A stretch of DNA of 64,000 nucleotides from Acanthaster planci (lineage: Eukaryota). This document shows, in pieces, positions 36,201 to 49,199 of this stretch; position 1 is the first letter of the stretch, and each line of letters begins with the position of its first letter. The stretch lies in NCBI RefSeq assembly GCF_001949145.1, contig NW_019091355.1:57720-121719 (forward strand), read 5' to 3'. Both the position numbers and the translations under genes were made by a program. The notes beneath the pieces are model-generated. The model did not search any database, had not been told where the DNA came from, and saw only the letters and a program-made list of their open reading frames with translations.

Positions 36201-39200
36201 AACTCTACAAAATTGTGGACTTGTCATAAATTGGGAAAAAATCAGTTCTACGTCCCTGTTAGCAATTAACCCACTTGGGATTTGTGATTGATTCAGACTC
36301 AATGACTGTGGCATTACCTCCTGACAAAGTACATGTACATGTAGATACTATCCAACAGATGTGCACAAATACCATATGATGCAAAAAAGTAAGGATACGC
36401 AATGTAGCAAAGGTCATTGGGAGTTTAGTGGCCTGTTTTCCAGCAAGTACCTTTTGGTCCTTTACACCACAGGAACTTGGAATATGCAAAAGATGGAGCT
36501 TTGCTGTCAAGTGAAGGGAACTGTGATGTACAAATGTCAATTACTGGCTTGATGAAACTGGATCTCAAGTGGTAGTTGACCAACGTTATAGGTCAAGAGA
36601 AACCCATTGCCATGAAAAACCCATAAATATCCCCGATATCAGATCCATCAATTGAAGGCTGGGGTGGAACTTGTGATGAGACCCAAACAGGTGGACAGTG
36701 GACTAGAAATGAAAAAATGCATCACATCAACTTCTTGGAGCTCTTAAGAGCATTTTATTGTTTTGAAATCCTTCAAAACGGAATTGCTGGAAAACATGTC
36801 CACTTACTGTCAGACAATACTACAGTAGTATCCTGTATCAATTACATGGGTGGAAGACAACCACACCTCAGTGCCCTTGCTTCAGAATTGTGAGAATGGT
36901 GTGTTGCTTTGAATATATGGTTTTCAGCAGGACACTTAGCCGGTACTTGCAATATTGCAGCAGACTTTAAAAGTCGGCACTTCAATTATAGAGGGGAATG
37001 GTCTTTGAATAAGTCTTTGAAAGATGCAACAGAGTTTTTGGCACCCTGGAAATTGACCTTTTTGCCTCTCGTTTGAATGCTAAATGTACAAGATATGTTT
37101 CCTGACAAAAGGATCCACAAGCTGACTTTGTTGACAGTTTTTCTCATTCATGGTCAGATTTTTATGCCTACATTTTTCTTCCATTCAGTGTAATTGGGAG
37201 AGCTTTGCAGATAGTGCAGATGGAGAGGTGCAGAGCATTGATGATTGTACATTTACCTTACTGGCTATCCCAGCCTTGGTTCACCCTGCTCACAGACCTC
37301 TTGACCCAAGTATCAGTACTCCTACCGAGACAGATACACTGTTAACATTGCCGTTAAGCGAAAAACTACATCCTCTCCAGAAGAAACTAAGATTGATAGC
37401 AAGACTGTTACCAGGCGAGCCTACCGAAAGGCTCAGTTGTCCAACGTGCAACAAGCATCATGCTTAATGCGTGGAAGTCAGGGAAACATCGACAGTATTA
37501 AGTTTATATCAGAAAGTGGCATACACAGGACTCCCGTGGCCTGGAAAAGTCATGGAAATTTGTTTTTGTTTTCCAGGCCTGGAAAAGTTATGGAATTTTT
37601 CATACGCTGTTTACGATTTCTATTATCAGAAATAAGTGCATAAAATGCAGGATTGTATTCACAAATTTAGAAGTCCGAATAGTCCAAGAAATTGCCTTAT
37701 TAGCCTGTTGGGTCATGGATTTTCATAATTCGGTCATGGAAAAGTCATGGAATTTCATTGTCCTGTAGCTACAAGAACCTTGCATACATTTTGTGAGCAG
37801 AGGGAGGTTGATTGTGTTAAACCAGATGTCAATGTAGTCATTGACTTCCTCACAATGCTGTATGATCAAGGTTTAGGATGAAGTGCTATCAACACTGCAT
37901 GCAGTGCACTTTCTCAGATCATAGTATGGAAAGGTGTCGCATCCTTGAGTGATTAAATTCGTCAAGGCTGTTTTCAATTTGAGACCACCTGTACCAGTGT
38001 ACATGCATTCAGACACATACATGTACATGTAGGATGTTGCAGTGCTGTTAAGATTTTTGCAGTCCTTATCTCCAGTCAAACAGAAATCACATCACTTAAA
38101 CAACTAACTTTGAAATTAGTGTCACTGATGGCATTGCTTGTAGCTGTAAGAGCTCAGACACTGTCAGTCTTGGATCTGAAGACCATGACAATGACCAAGT
38201 CAAAATTTTGTTCGAAGATTGGAGCAGCAGCTCTCAAACAGTGTAGACCAGGGTATGCCCCACCTCCAGTGGAGTTGCTGGACTATCCAGTGGATACACG
38301 CCTGTGTATTCTCAGAGTTTTGGTAGAAAATATTCACCGTACTGCCCCTTTAAGACAGGGTGAATCCAGGCTTTTCATAAGCTACACGAAACCTCACAAT
38401 CATGTGACGCCATCCACAATTGGAACATGGATTTTTACTGCCATGGCTAAAGCAGGCATAGACACATCAGTGTACAAGGCCCATAGTGACGTGCAGCTGC
38501 TACATCACAGGCATTAAAAGTAGGGGGAAACATTCCACAAATTCTCAAAACAGCAGGTTGGTCAAATGCAGGTACATTTGCAAGATTCTACAAGAAAGAT
38601 GTGACATCTGCGTCAACCATAGGAGAACATGTTTTAGCAGGTGTGTGCAAATATATGAACTTCAGGCTAGTAGACCACCTACATGTATATTCACAGACGT
38701 TTTACTCTTACTGGGTAATTCAGGTAATTTGTGGCATGTGTTTAATGTTTTGCTCACAGGTGGAGGGGTTTAATGTAAACTTTCATGTTTTTTCTATATA
38801 AATTTGAACACCCTAGAGTAAGAACCAGTTTGTTTTGAGGAATTTTCTGCCATTTCACATTTCTCTTGTTTTCATGTTAAAGCAGACTGTTGTTTTTCTC
38901 TGAGTATTGGAGCTCAGTTGTAGGACCTGTTAGTGCCCTTCTAAAGAGGTTTTCTCCTCTGAGTGGTTCTGAAAGAAAATTTTTCTTGCCAATAAACGGA
39001 ACAAAACAAATTGGAAGGAACATGATTATCCTTGGCTTTGTTTTCTTTGTGTTTTTTACGGGACAGCTCAAGTTGGCTTTGAAGTCCCAGAAGAAACTAA
39101 GATTGATAGCAGGAGTAATTCCTTACATGTATATCTCAACTCCATAGGGCAGTGTAGAAATGAAAAAGTAAACAAAACTTACCAGAAGTTGAAGTTTGAC

Positions 39201-40931
39201 TGAAGTTCTACACTGCTCTCTGAAGGTGATATAATGAATTAGATCCACACCCTCCCTCCCATTGAATTGTAAGCAGATCTAGGCTGGATCTGTCGTGTAT
39301 TTGTTAAATTCTGGTCTGCGCTGGCGCAATCGTCTCCCATGTAATTCCTTATATCACCTCCAGAGAGCAGTGTAAAACTTCAATCAAACCTCAACTTCAG
39401 GTAAGTTTCAAAAATTTTTCAATTTTGTTTTAGTTTTACACCAAATGACTAGAAGCACATTAAAGCCACAAATTCTCTCTTTCCAATGATATGTTATTTA
39501 TTTACAAAACGTAATAAACGGCTAACAATCATTCTTTTTGGACAATGGGACAAAGTGGGCTTAGGAGTTGGGACCAAGATTCAGTTAGAAATGCCAGCAT
39601 AAATCCTTTTCAATTCTCCCTCTCTTCTATGAATGACTGTACTGAATAGGCCAGATGTGTTCATAATGCAGTCATGTGAATCGTTACATGATATCTTAAT
39701 GGTTAAAATATTTGCAGAGAGACATGCTACAAAAGACAACGGTAAGTTGTCATTATTATTAATAAGTTCACTTAACTTCCAATAGCATAAGATGCCCTGG
39801 TGATTTAAAAGTCCAAAACTTGGTCCCAAGCCCACTTTGCCATCCATGACCGTGTGCAAATAAATAATACATCATTGGAAAATGGGCATCTGTGACTTTA
39901 AGGTGCTACTGATAATTTTGGTGTTAAACTAACACAATCTTTGAGAAATTCTAAATAATTTTTGTTGCATTGTTTTTATACACTCTGTGTAGGTCATGAG
40001 GTTTGACTTTTTAAGTCATTGTACTGTCATGTGAATCAAGTTTGAATTGAGCATTGGTTTTGCACCTATCTTAGGCAAGAGAAGAAAGTTTTTGGTTCTA
40101 TCATATAGTTTGGCAAAGTCTAACATCCTTACTCCTACAATGCAGCAAACACTCTGAAGATATTATATTATTATTACTACATGTACTTTTTTAATGCATT
40201 ATGGAAATGCTTCCATACTTTGACATTAATTTGGATATTTGTTTCAGAGGAACTTGGTCAAGGCATTCTTGAAAATCTTCACAAAGACCGTGAGAAAATT
40301 CAGCGGTCAAGAGCAAGAGTAAGGGATTCTCAAGTAGATTTTGATTGATTGAAATTGATTTTTAAAATCTTTGAATTGGAGTTTCATTTGGTCATTGAAT
40401 TATTGCTATTCTTTTGAAATCCCGAATGTGGTGGAAGGAGCAGACATCAATATGTAGACTAAACACTCTGTTGAAGTTTACAGTACCCTTTTTTGTATTG
40501 GTATACCATCAGTAACACAATCTGTAAGCCTAGGATTGGCCTTATAAAATTATTAATTTATTACATTTCTTCCCATTAGTTACGCGAGACAGATGCTGGT
40601 GTTGGTCAAAGCTCACGTGTCCTGAGTGGAATGATGCGTAGGTAATATTTTCATTTTCCTACTTGTAACTTAAATTACCTAACCCATACTGAAAGACCAA
40701 AACCCATATCATACTACATGTATGTATTAATTCCAAGTCCGAATTATTTCCAATTCTGTCACAACACTGATTTACTACAACTAAGCCGAAAGTTGTAATC
40801 AACTATTTGTTTTGTCTGTTTTTTCCCTTGTATGCAGGATAATTCAGAATCGTATACTGATGGTATTTCTTGCCATAGTGTTCCTTGCAATCATCATCAT
40901 TATTATTTATTTTATGGCCAAAAAGAAATAA
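30254..40931 (+). CDS. VTI1A: Qb-SNARE VTI1A (vesicle transport through interaction with t-SNAREs 1A), 221 aa
   Basis: Exons 30254-30350, 31536-31594, 32905-33015, 33454-33540, 33647-33731, 40248-40318, 40580-40641, 40838-40931 (666 nt). Motifs LEQMDLEVR, QRARLLDNTERLERS, DREKIQRSRARLRETDA and SSRVLSGMMRRIIQNR, followed by a C-terminal transmembrane anchor. Confidence 0.95.
30700..30944. mobile_element. MITE in VTI1A intron 1
   Basis: aaataggtcacttgggagacatt (30704-30726) and aatgtctcccaagtgacccattt (30917-30939) match as an inverted repeat at 22 of 23 positions. Confidence 0.65.
32670..32774. mobile_element. 105 bp MITE (PIF/Harbinger-like) in VTI1A intron 2
   Basis: TIRs gggcctgtttgtttcat and atgaaacaaacagggcc (16 of 17), with gta on both flanks as a 3 bp target duplication. 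Confidence 0.7.
33960..39408 (+). mobile_element. Decayed DIRS1-like tyrosine-recombinase retrotransposon in VTI1A intron 5
   Basis: Left ITR (33967-34037) is complementary to the right ITR (39308-39378). An internal complementary region (about 39118-39240) matches both termini. Coding remnants occur in DIRS order: gag-like (34770-35288), RT (LSTIFLVPKKNG, HFKM, FLDN), RNase H (GWGG, HINFLEL), methyltransferase-like (IDLFASRLN) and tyrosine recombinase (KLVSLMALL, LFISYTKPH, KAHS). Many stops and frameshifts. Confidence 0.92.
37526..37782. mobile_element. 257 bp non-autonomous DNA element inserted in the DIRS recombinase ORF
   Basis: Flanked by cataca on both sides (37520-37525, 37783-37788); degenerate TIRs caggactc and gaaccttg; internal gtcatggaa repeats. 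Removing it restores YIRKWHT-FCEQREVDC. Confidence 0.8.
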
Positions 40932-43900
40932 CTTCCCAGACGTACACAGACAAAAATGGAACTTGTCTTCAGCCAGGACATACTCACTTGTGTGACTGTG
41001 ATTAAATTTATGTTAGAATAAAACTTTGGTGTAGTCATAAATGTTTGAGACCCTTCAAACAACACGTAATTCAATAGAATCATGCCTTGTGGGCAATTGC
41101 CCCCTCAGATGTGAAAATGCTAAAAATAGTTTCCAATGTAGAAGCACCTGTCACTGGTTTTATATGCCATAATACTGCATATGAAATGGTGATGTTGGAG
41201 CTATCATAAGACTATTATAAGACTTGTTCCTGCCCCCTCTTCTGAAGTCTAGAATTGATATGGAATTCCGTGAAACCAGTCAACTTTAGTTCTTGGAAAA
41301 TAAACTCTTGCCTTCCCTAGTACATTAGCATTAATTTCCAATACACACACACAGATGAATGGTCATTTAAAAGATACCAACTTTACCACACAGTGCTCTG
41401 TCTGGTTCGGTCACTGATGAGAACACTGATGAGGTGTATATACACGTACATGTACTTGGCCCATAGAGGACTGTACATAGATGCTGTGGGGACATATGGT
41501 GTGGGAACATATGTTTGTCCCCACAACTCAGTCTTCACTTTCGTAACAAAAGTAATTGGTCTCATCAACCTGTAGCATCCTGGGCTGTTACTTGGCAAAT
41601 GTATTTACAGGTAGACTAAAGTCATCTTTGGAAGGAAACCAACATTCAAAGTCACTCTAAAAATGTTTTGAAAACATGGATACATTAAATGTAATAAACT
41701 TTGTGGGTTCAAGACAATGCTTACCTTTGTAGATGTAACTTATCGTAGTCTTCCAGCCATTCTGTGACAGTCTTTTGCTAGATTTTCATGTTTGAACAAA
41801 ACAGTCATCTAGGCAAGTCAGTAAAACAAGGGCTTACAGGTATGTTACATTCAAACCAAGCATAGTGTATATCAAGAAATACCCTGTGATAACATTCAGG
41901 AAAAGGTAAGGACTAAATTGCATATATTCATTGAGATTGTGAAATTATAATGAAATATTTTTCTGTGTGTTTTACCCCTGATAAAATGAATCTCGGTACA
42001 ACATTGTCAAATCAACAGAATGATGAAGATTCTTGGCATTCCTTCCAGGAATTCATTCACAATGATATGATCTTGTTGCATTGATGAAGTGGTCATGGAA
42101 ATCTAAATCTGAGCCAAACACAGTCCTTTGTTTTGAAATCGTTGGTGACATCCTGTTAATTAACAACAGGAAAACAATGCCTGCTGGAATATGATTGAAT
42201 TGTGTAGTACCTGTATAGGTGGTTCAATAATTCTTGTGAAGTTTATGTTTGGTTAATACCTTGGAAAAAGTGATCAACATATTATGTGTATTTTAAGAAC
42301 TCAAAATGTGACTAAAAGAATCATCAGAACCTCCTGCATGTGTATGTTGTAAAATTATTTGTACACTTGTTATTGGGACCTAGACGTACGGACTTGTCTC
42401 GACCTCAGTTTGTGCTTGTATGATGTCATGCTTTTGATGACGTCGTGGAGATTTATGTACTGAACTATACGTTTAATACTACATGAACTACCTTCAAGAC
42501 ATAACATTCCAAAAGTTTCCCAGTCTCACGCTTTTCTCTGCTGGGGAGGAGTTCCAGCCACTGGGAAGACTAATGTATACGGTCTTTACATAGTGGTAGT
42601 AAAGTCTAGTATAATGTCTTTGCATCAAAACACTAACCGACGAGCGTGTGTATGACTATATTGAGACGATTTTACCCACCCGTAGTCTACCGTGTATCGT
42701 GCATGGCAGTACGTAAGAATGTACATTTTTTGTTTAGAGCAACAAGTATTTTCTGTAATCATAACTGTACATAGTTGTACTATGTGTTGTTAATATGTAG
42801 ATTCCCATTAGCTGTATCGAGGCATGCTGTTTATTTATAGTTTTCACTGCTGGCGAAAATAAACATTTAATGCATGGATTTAAATTCAGTGTTCTTGCTC
42901 TCGTGAATAGGGCCTACTCTACAAATTAGGCTCCGAGGAAACAATCTCCTCATAGTTTTCTTTTTAAGACGGCAACTGTAGCATGTGGAAAAAAAGACAA
43001 ATGTGCTATATTAATCAGCAACAAGAAGACATGCGTTAAATCCTATGGTTATCTGGCTAATGAAATGACCAACTTTCGCCAATGAAAATCTCAAAATGTT
43101 CTACCGCACCACCGCCACAGAATATCAGTCAATCAGAGCAGTTAAAAAGTCATACTGTCCGGATAATGACGGAGGTTGTCGGTCAAATTTTGTCAGCTGA
43201 CTTAGCAAACAATTGTCAGTGTGTAGTGTTTACTCCAGTGTTATGAGCTGATCAACTTCAGCGTATAAGCTCAAGTGGATTCAGCCAGAAGCCTGCAGGT
43301 GCCATTTTTTCAGCCGAAGTTAGGGGCAAGTTAGATTAAGGACCATATTTAACCATAGTTTGACAACCTGAGATCGAACGCGCGCTAGTCGACAAATCGG
43401 ACTAGTTTAGTCAACTATTCGCGACTAGCCTATCGAGTTCGCATCGTTGGTTGCCATAAATCGTTTTTACTAGCCAGTGCAGAGAAGACCAGTTACAAAA
43501 CAAATGCTGGAAAAACAGTATGATACTAGTAAATGACCATTTTCACTTTTTGGGGGCTATATTGCCCTTCCTGGGGCAAACTTTTTTACCCTTCAGCGTA
43601 ACGGCCTGACAACGCTTGACAAGAGTCGTTCGCACTTCAACTTCACTGCACATGAGCTTGGTACGTCACGTTCCAACCACAAGTTAACTAGTGGTCCATG
43701 ATCGAACTTGCCCTAGGATAGCAGACGCCAGTTGATTGGTCAAAATCAGGCGGACGTCTTGCATAATTAATCGTGGGATCTGCACGCATATATTAGACGT
43801 GTCGAAAGGGGCGTTTATTACGTAGACTAGTAGGAGGCCGGAAAGGAAGTGCCACAAGGCAGCCACAGTTATAAGCGATTTCCTAGCCCCTGGTTTATGG

Positions 43901-44559
43901 GGATTTGAGCTGCCCCATTTCAAGTGTTAACATTGCAACGCATTGGGTGGCATGAATTGGTAATTGATTCATTGCGCACTTGCTACTTGACCAACCTCGT
44001 TCAAACAAACATTTTTTTAAAGCGAAAACAGATCGGACAATCTACAAGAGAAATTATTAAAAAAACCGATATAAAGGCCGTGTAAGGGCGGTGAGAAGTA
44101 ATAGCTGCATAGAACTAGCTGCGCAAACCAGATCGCGATTCATACATTACGTATTCTCAAATGCTCAGCTCTGTGAAGTGGACGGTTTGTGGAAAAGATC
44201 TGTGAAAATTGTGGATCAGTGTTTTATTTTTCATTGACTTAATATTCTTAAGACTCCTTTTAGTGGTGATCATCTGTGGTAGAAAATTTCCCCGAAGTCA
44301 TCGGCTTACCTCCCCACACCCCCCCAAGTTGAATGGAGAAGGTCCTAAGATGGTGAAACAATGATGGGTTTCTCAAGTGCAACTTTTTATCAATGTCTAC
44401 TGTAGTTTTTTTCTCTGTTCCGAAACCTAATTGGGGGCATAGAGTAATGGAATGGATAAGGGGACATCAGAAAGTAACGCAGGAAGGAAGCAAACATCAC
44501 CCAAATATATTCTGTCGTAAGTTTCTAAAATTTACGGAGCGTTACCAGCCTTTTCCTTC

Positions 44560-44700
44560 TTGAGTCGAGTCCTCTGATGACGGACTCGAATCGAGTCGAG
44601 TCATTTATTTGCACTGGCTCGAGGCAAGTCATTTAGTCATCTGTTGAGACCCTAGTCGAGTTGCCAAAATTGTGACTCGGGTCAGACCGGAGTCGAGTCA
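44560..44700. repeat. Cluster of gactcg / gagtcgagtc motifs, probable MITE remnant
   Basis: Repeated gagtcgagtc and gactcg units in both orientations; termini not resolved. Confidence 0.4.
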
Positions 44701-45309
44701 ATATTCTGGTCAATACAACTCAACTCAAGATCTCCAAGAAATGGACGCGAACTCAAACCGATGTACCAAAGGGACCCTATGGATCACGTATTACTGCAGC
44801 CTAGCCAAGTAATTCGGAACAAGCTGTGGAGGAATTCCTCCCGGTTTGCTCAGACAGAGCACTACAGCCAGCCACTTGACCTAATCGTATTGCAGGTAAC
44901 CAGACAATAATTGTGAAGTATAGTAAAATTATGTAACATTGACCGGAAAGCAGACTGTTAGGGGCGTGCATGTGTTAGGGGCCCAATAGAGAAGCATGGC
45001 TTGAGCAAAGGAAAAGGTAGAGGCTGAAGAGCCAATGTTACGCGTAATTGGTAGCACTGTTTGTCTCCCATGTAAACGCTGCCCCTACCTATGAATTGGA
45101 AGAGCATAGAGTTTTCACTGCGACGTTGGAGATCCTTGATCGTAAGACTAGAAAGGTGAGCATGAGGATTAGCGTAAGGTCATGTGTGTCGCCATGCAAA
45201 CACTTTCTTCACGCCTTTAATGTCGAATGAGAGTTGCTGGAGTTTTTCGCAGCCTTTTTTGCCTATACTTGGGCTCTTTTAACAGATGTGTGAATTACCT
45301 CTCCAGGGA

Positions 45310-45510
45310 TTGGGAAGAAAGTTAAAGCCATGCAAAAACTATCTGACACTCTCAGGAACGGGAGGAACGTCTCAAAAACGACCAAAATGAAGATATATAA
45401 CTCTTTAGTTGTCTCCATGCTACCTGCAGAAACACGTGCTCTTACAACTACGGCTTCTAAACGCCTGTACGTATTCGATATGAATGCCCTGAGGCGACTG
45501 GGATCGTGTC
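45310..45510 (+). mobile_element. Fragment of an RTE-like LINE ORF C-terminus
   Basis: NVSKTTKMKIYNSLVVSML-PAETRALTTTASKRLYVFDMNALRRL follows the K..IY...V...L(LY)..ETW.L......L..F.M..LRRI pattern of RTE-clade elements. Confidence 0.65.
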
Positions 45511-48500
45511 CGATGGTCAGACCATGGTCAGGCTTAGTTCGTAAGACGCCACCCGGCTACGCACCAGCCTACTGCCAGCATCGTAATTAGCCATGCATCG
45601 TCAACTTCGCTGATTTGGCCATGTTTGAGGGCTTCCTCTTTCCTCTGTCGTAAAGCAACACTCCCGTAATTTGGCGTTGTGGTGATGGTGATGATGCCAC
45701 TGAGACGGAGGATGACGCTGATGATGTCGATCTGTTGTTATGCAGTCGGCATATATACTTCATGTGTGCTAACAGTGAAACACAAAAGTATGCCCCCGAG
45801 CGTCGTCGGCAAAACGGTATTAAACAAACATAACCACACCGCGCAAAAGGAGAACAAAGAGTTTCAAAATACATAACAAAGATATTTTACAATAAAATTT
45901 AATTTCACAAACTTGTTGGGCGTCGATCTTTTCAACTTGTAGCGTGGGGTATTCACTTTTATGGTACTCGAATTCACCGAGGGGATATTATTCAAAGGCC
46001 ATATTTTCACTATAGGGTCTTATCTTTGATGCAGAGAAAGCGAGAAGGCTACTCCAACTCGTTCCACATTGCTGACTCCGATCATTCCGTTCACCCTTTC
46101 CTCCCACACCCTAAAAATTCATGAAACAGTTCGCCGGGTCACGAGACCGTAACGGTATACGCTTCGTGTCTGGTAGCCTACAGTGCGCGCATCCGTGTAC
46201 GCTTCATGGAAATACTGCAGTTAAAACTAGAAATCAGCAAAAAAACATAATGAATAATGAATTCGTTGTAAAAGATGCATCCTGAGGTGGCCAGTATCAA
46301 GGCATGAACTTGTAGTTGTGTACATTTTTTCTATCAACATCTCAATGGAAATTTATACTGTGTATAAATTCAAGTTACAAATATTTACGTTTAGTAAAAT
46401 AACAAAAGGAAGCAAAGTTTGGTTCATGCAAAAGTGGTTCTAATTTCCAATTTACAAGCCTTTCCAAGAAGTAGTTTCGGTTTACGTGATTGTGTGTTCA
46501 TGACATAAGCTACAATAGGGCCCTAGGCAAATACGTGTACTTGGGTTTTTCTCAGTGTTCTCAATGTTACCTTTCACAAGAATGTATCCCAAAAGAAGTG
46601 GCACGCCCGCGGGCGCTCAGGGGGCTTAACACCCCCCCCCCGTTTTCAATTTTTATATTTCTTTCTGAACAACGAAGAAATAATACTGCAAGGGGTTTGA
46701 ATATCATAAACTATTTTAGGGTAATTTCCATTCCAACGCCCCTCCCGAAGACAAATCCTGAGTGTGAAATTGCCCAAAAGCACTCCAGAGAGAAATGTAT
46801 TTTGTTAAAAACTTAACCCGTTCCATTCAAAACAGTTTAGGCACGGATACCAGCGTGTGTAACAGAAGTACGGTGTGAGTTTCGTCGTTGGCAATGCAAA
46901 GATACTATTCTGTAACCAAATTATTGGATGTGCTTGTTTACGTTTGAACTGAAAAAGGGCCGTTATTATACACCCCCACTGTCCGCCTTTTTTCCCAATT
47001 TATTCAGTCCAATAACTATAAATAAATCTTAACATTGATTGATAAAACTAAGGATAATTTACATCGTAGAAACTTGTCACTCTGTGTGATGTACATGCGA
47101 CCATTCTAATTTATTTTAATAATCAAAATGAAAAATCGTAGCTTTCCGTGTGTGGGCTTTTTCAAAGAGCAAAACAGCGTTGTCTGTAGTATACGGTATC
47201 GATTTTCAAATTAAAACACAGTAATGGAATATTTATCTCATAGACGGCAGTCATTGCTCTTGCATACATGGTGAATGCGGCATGACTATGTGGACAACAC
47301 CCTTCCGCTGTTGAAACCTGACGATAACAGCTTGATTTCATCAGTCACAAAGGACTTTTCTCGTAGAAATGAAACATAGATTGAATTGAAACGATGTTTC
47401 TCCTTCTAAAGAACGGGGACCAGAGGCCAATCTCTGCGTTTTTATCTCCTTCTTCATTAAATCTGGCACGACGTTGCAAATCCAAATTTCGCGGTCATTT
47501 ATTAACCGTAAATCGCATTACAGTTTTTTTCTAATCGGCTTTAGTCGTTATAATTAGCTTAATCTTTGACTTGTGGATGTTGTACATGTCAAGACCCATC
47601 ATTCTCAAAATCACAATCTACTAACAGATGTAAAGCTTCCGTCTGGTGCGCAGATTACCTCTACTCGCTGTCAACCACATGCCGTTCTATTGTCTCATGT
47701 AGATGAAGTGGATAACGAGGTATACGACTCAACGCTCGGCAAAGCCACCGTGAACTGTCGTAATTCATTTCCAGTGTTATCCTCGCCAATGATCTCAGCT
47801 GCAAATTTATTGAGCACTCACTGTGTAGAACAAAGAAAAAAGGAAAACGGATGTACTACAGTATGCAGAAATCTGCTTGAGGTATAAATGTATACCATGC
47901 TGAAACAGCCATTGTTATAATACACTGCTTTCGTTCAGACTGTTGAAAGAATCGATGATATTTCAAAAGTCATCATAGTCACCTCTGATTTCACTGTGAA
48001 ATGAGAACAGTTTTACTATACAGCGCTATTATGAGTGTCGGCCGTATAGCAGTAGTTCATATTTCACAGTTTTCGTGCTCTGAAATGGCATTTTGTTGCT
48101 GCGGAATTTTCGTACCCGCGGGAAGCTGAACACCCTACACGTGTCTGCGGAATGCTGTTCTTTTCATTCTAAATCAACAGCGGAGAAAATAGATTCTTTG
48201 ACAACCACACACGGCCGTACCGTTGAGGCGCAATTTTCTCATCCGACGATGAAAAAAATATTCGGAGCTGGCTGAAGTGCAACTAATTTGCTTTTGATTG
48301 TAATTACTGGGTTCATTGATTTGCTGTTACCCTTCCATAAATGTCTTTTAATCCAAACATTTTCACAAAAATGCCCAAACACAGACAAATCATGGCTGAA
48401 GAACCGAAGTAATGGAGAGACAGGATTTCTCACAGAGTATCTTTGCGAAATACGAATACAGTAATCAACCATTTATCCAGTACATGTACATGTAGAAGAA

Positions 48501-49199
48501 ATGGAACGGACGCAAGCGCGGCACTACGGGGAGGGGCGCTAGGGGGGGCTAAAGACCCCCCCCCTCCAAAAATGGCTCTAGAACCGTCCTCGGTGGATGG
48601 TTTACGATAAAACAACACACTGGAGACCTGACAGTTCGGCATAGATCCGGGTGAGTAAGAGGACGTGTAAGGGGATCATTCCCGAAATGGGGGCAATTCT
48701 AGCGAAGAAATAGGGACAAAAATTCCCACTATAAAATTTTACTGTGGAAAAATTGGCATCAGTCTGGAGTACTGTGATGAGTTATCAACAATTTTTAAAT
48801 TTCTTACAGTATTTAAATGAAATGTCCTAACACATTTTTGTCAGTCAAACGTAATTCATAAGTGTATGTACAATGTAAGCAAACAACAAGCGTGGTTTTT
48901 AACATCGTGCTCATCATTTCCATGAGGTGAACAACAAGAACCCATGACATGCACAAAAACTAGAAGCCTATTAGACAATTTCTAAAGGTAATTGAATTAC
49001 CGAAAAAAATTCTCCAATAGGTGCTCAGTATACGAGTAAGTGTAGGATCACTCAAATTGCTTGGACTCTTTTCGTTTTCTTATTTTAAAAGCAGATGGTA
49101 CAAAAAATCTTAGGCAAGTTTTCTCTGGAAAGTGAAATTAAAAAGTCGGTTTTTAGGTCTAAGATCTGGTAGATCTTACCTCGATGAAGTTTTTCAGCA

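Larger units (their letters stand above)
33927..39987. mobile_element. TA-flanked Tc1/mariner-like MITE (~600 bp) split by the DIRS insertion
   Basis: Left end TA|cagagcatatcaaaccaaatgcaacaaaatt (33927-33957) plus its continuation 39409-39580 mirrors the right arm 39815-39987, which ends ...ttgttgcattgtttttatacactctg. Confidence 0.7.

Noticed and set aside
34770..38517. DIRS ORFs as a domesticated or active gene
   Set aside because: Numerous stops and frameshifts, RT catalytic motif degraded to FLDN, and the recombinase is interrupted by a MITE and frameshifted at its HS motif.
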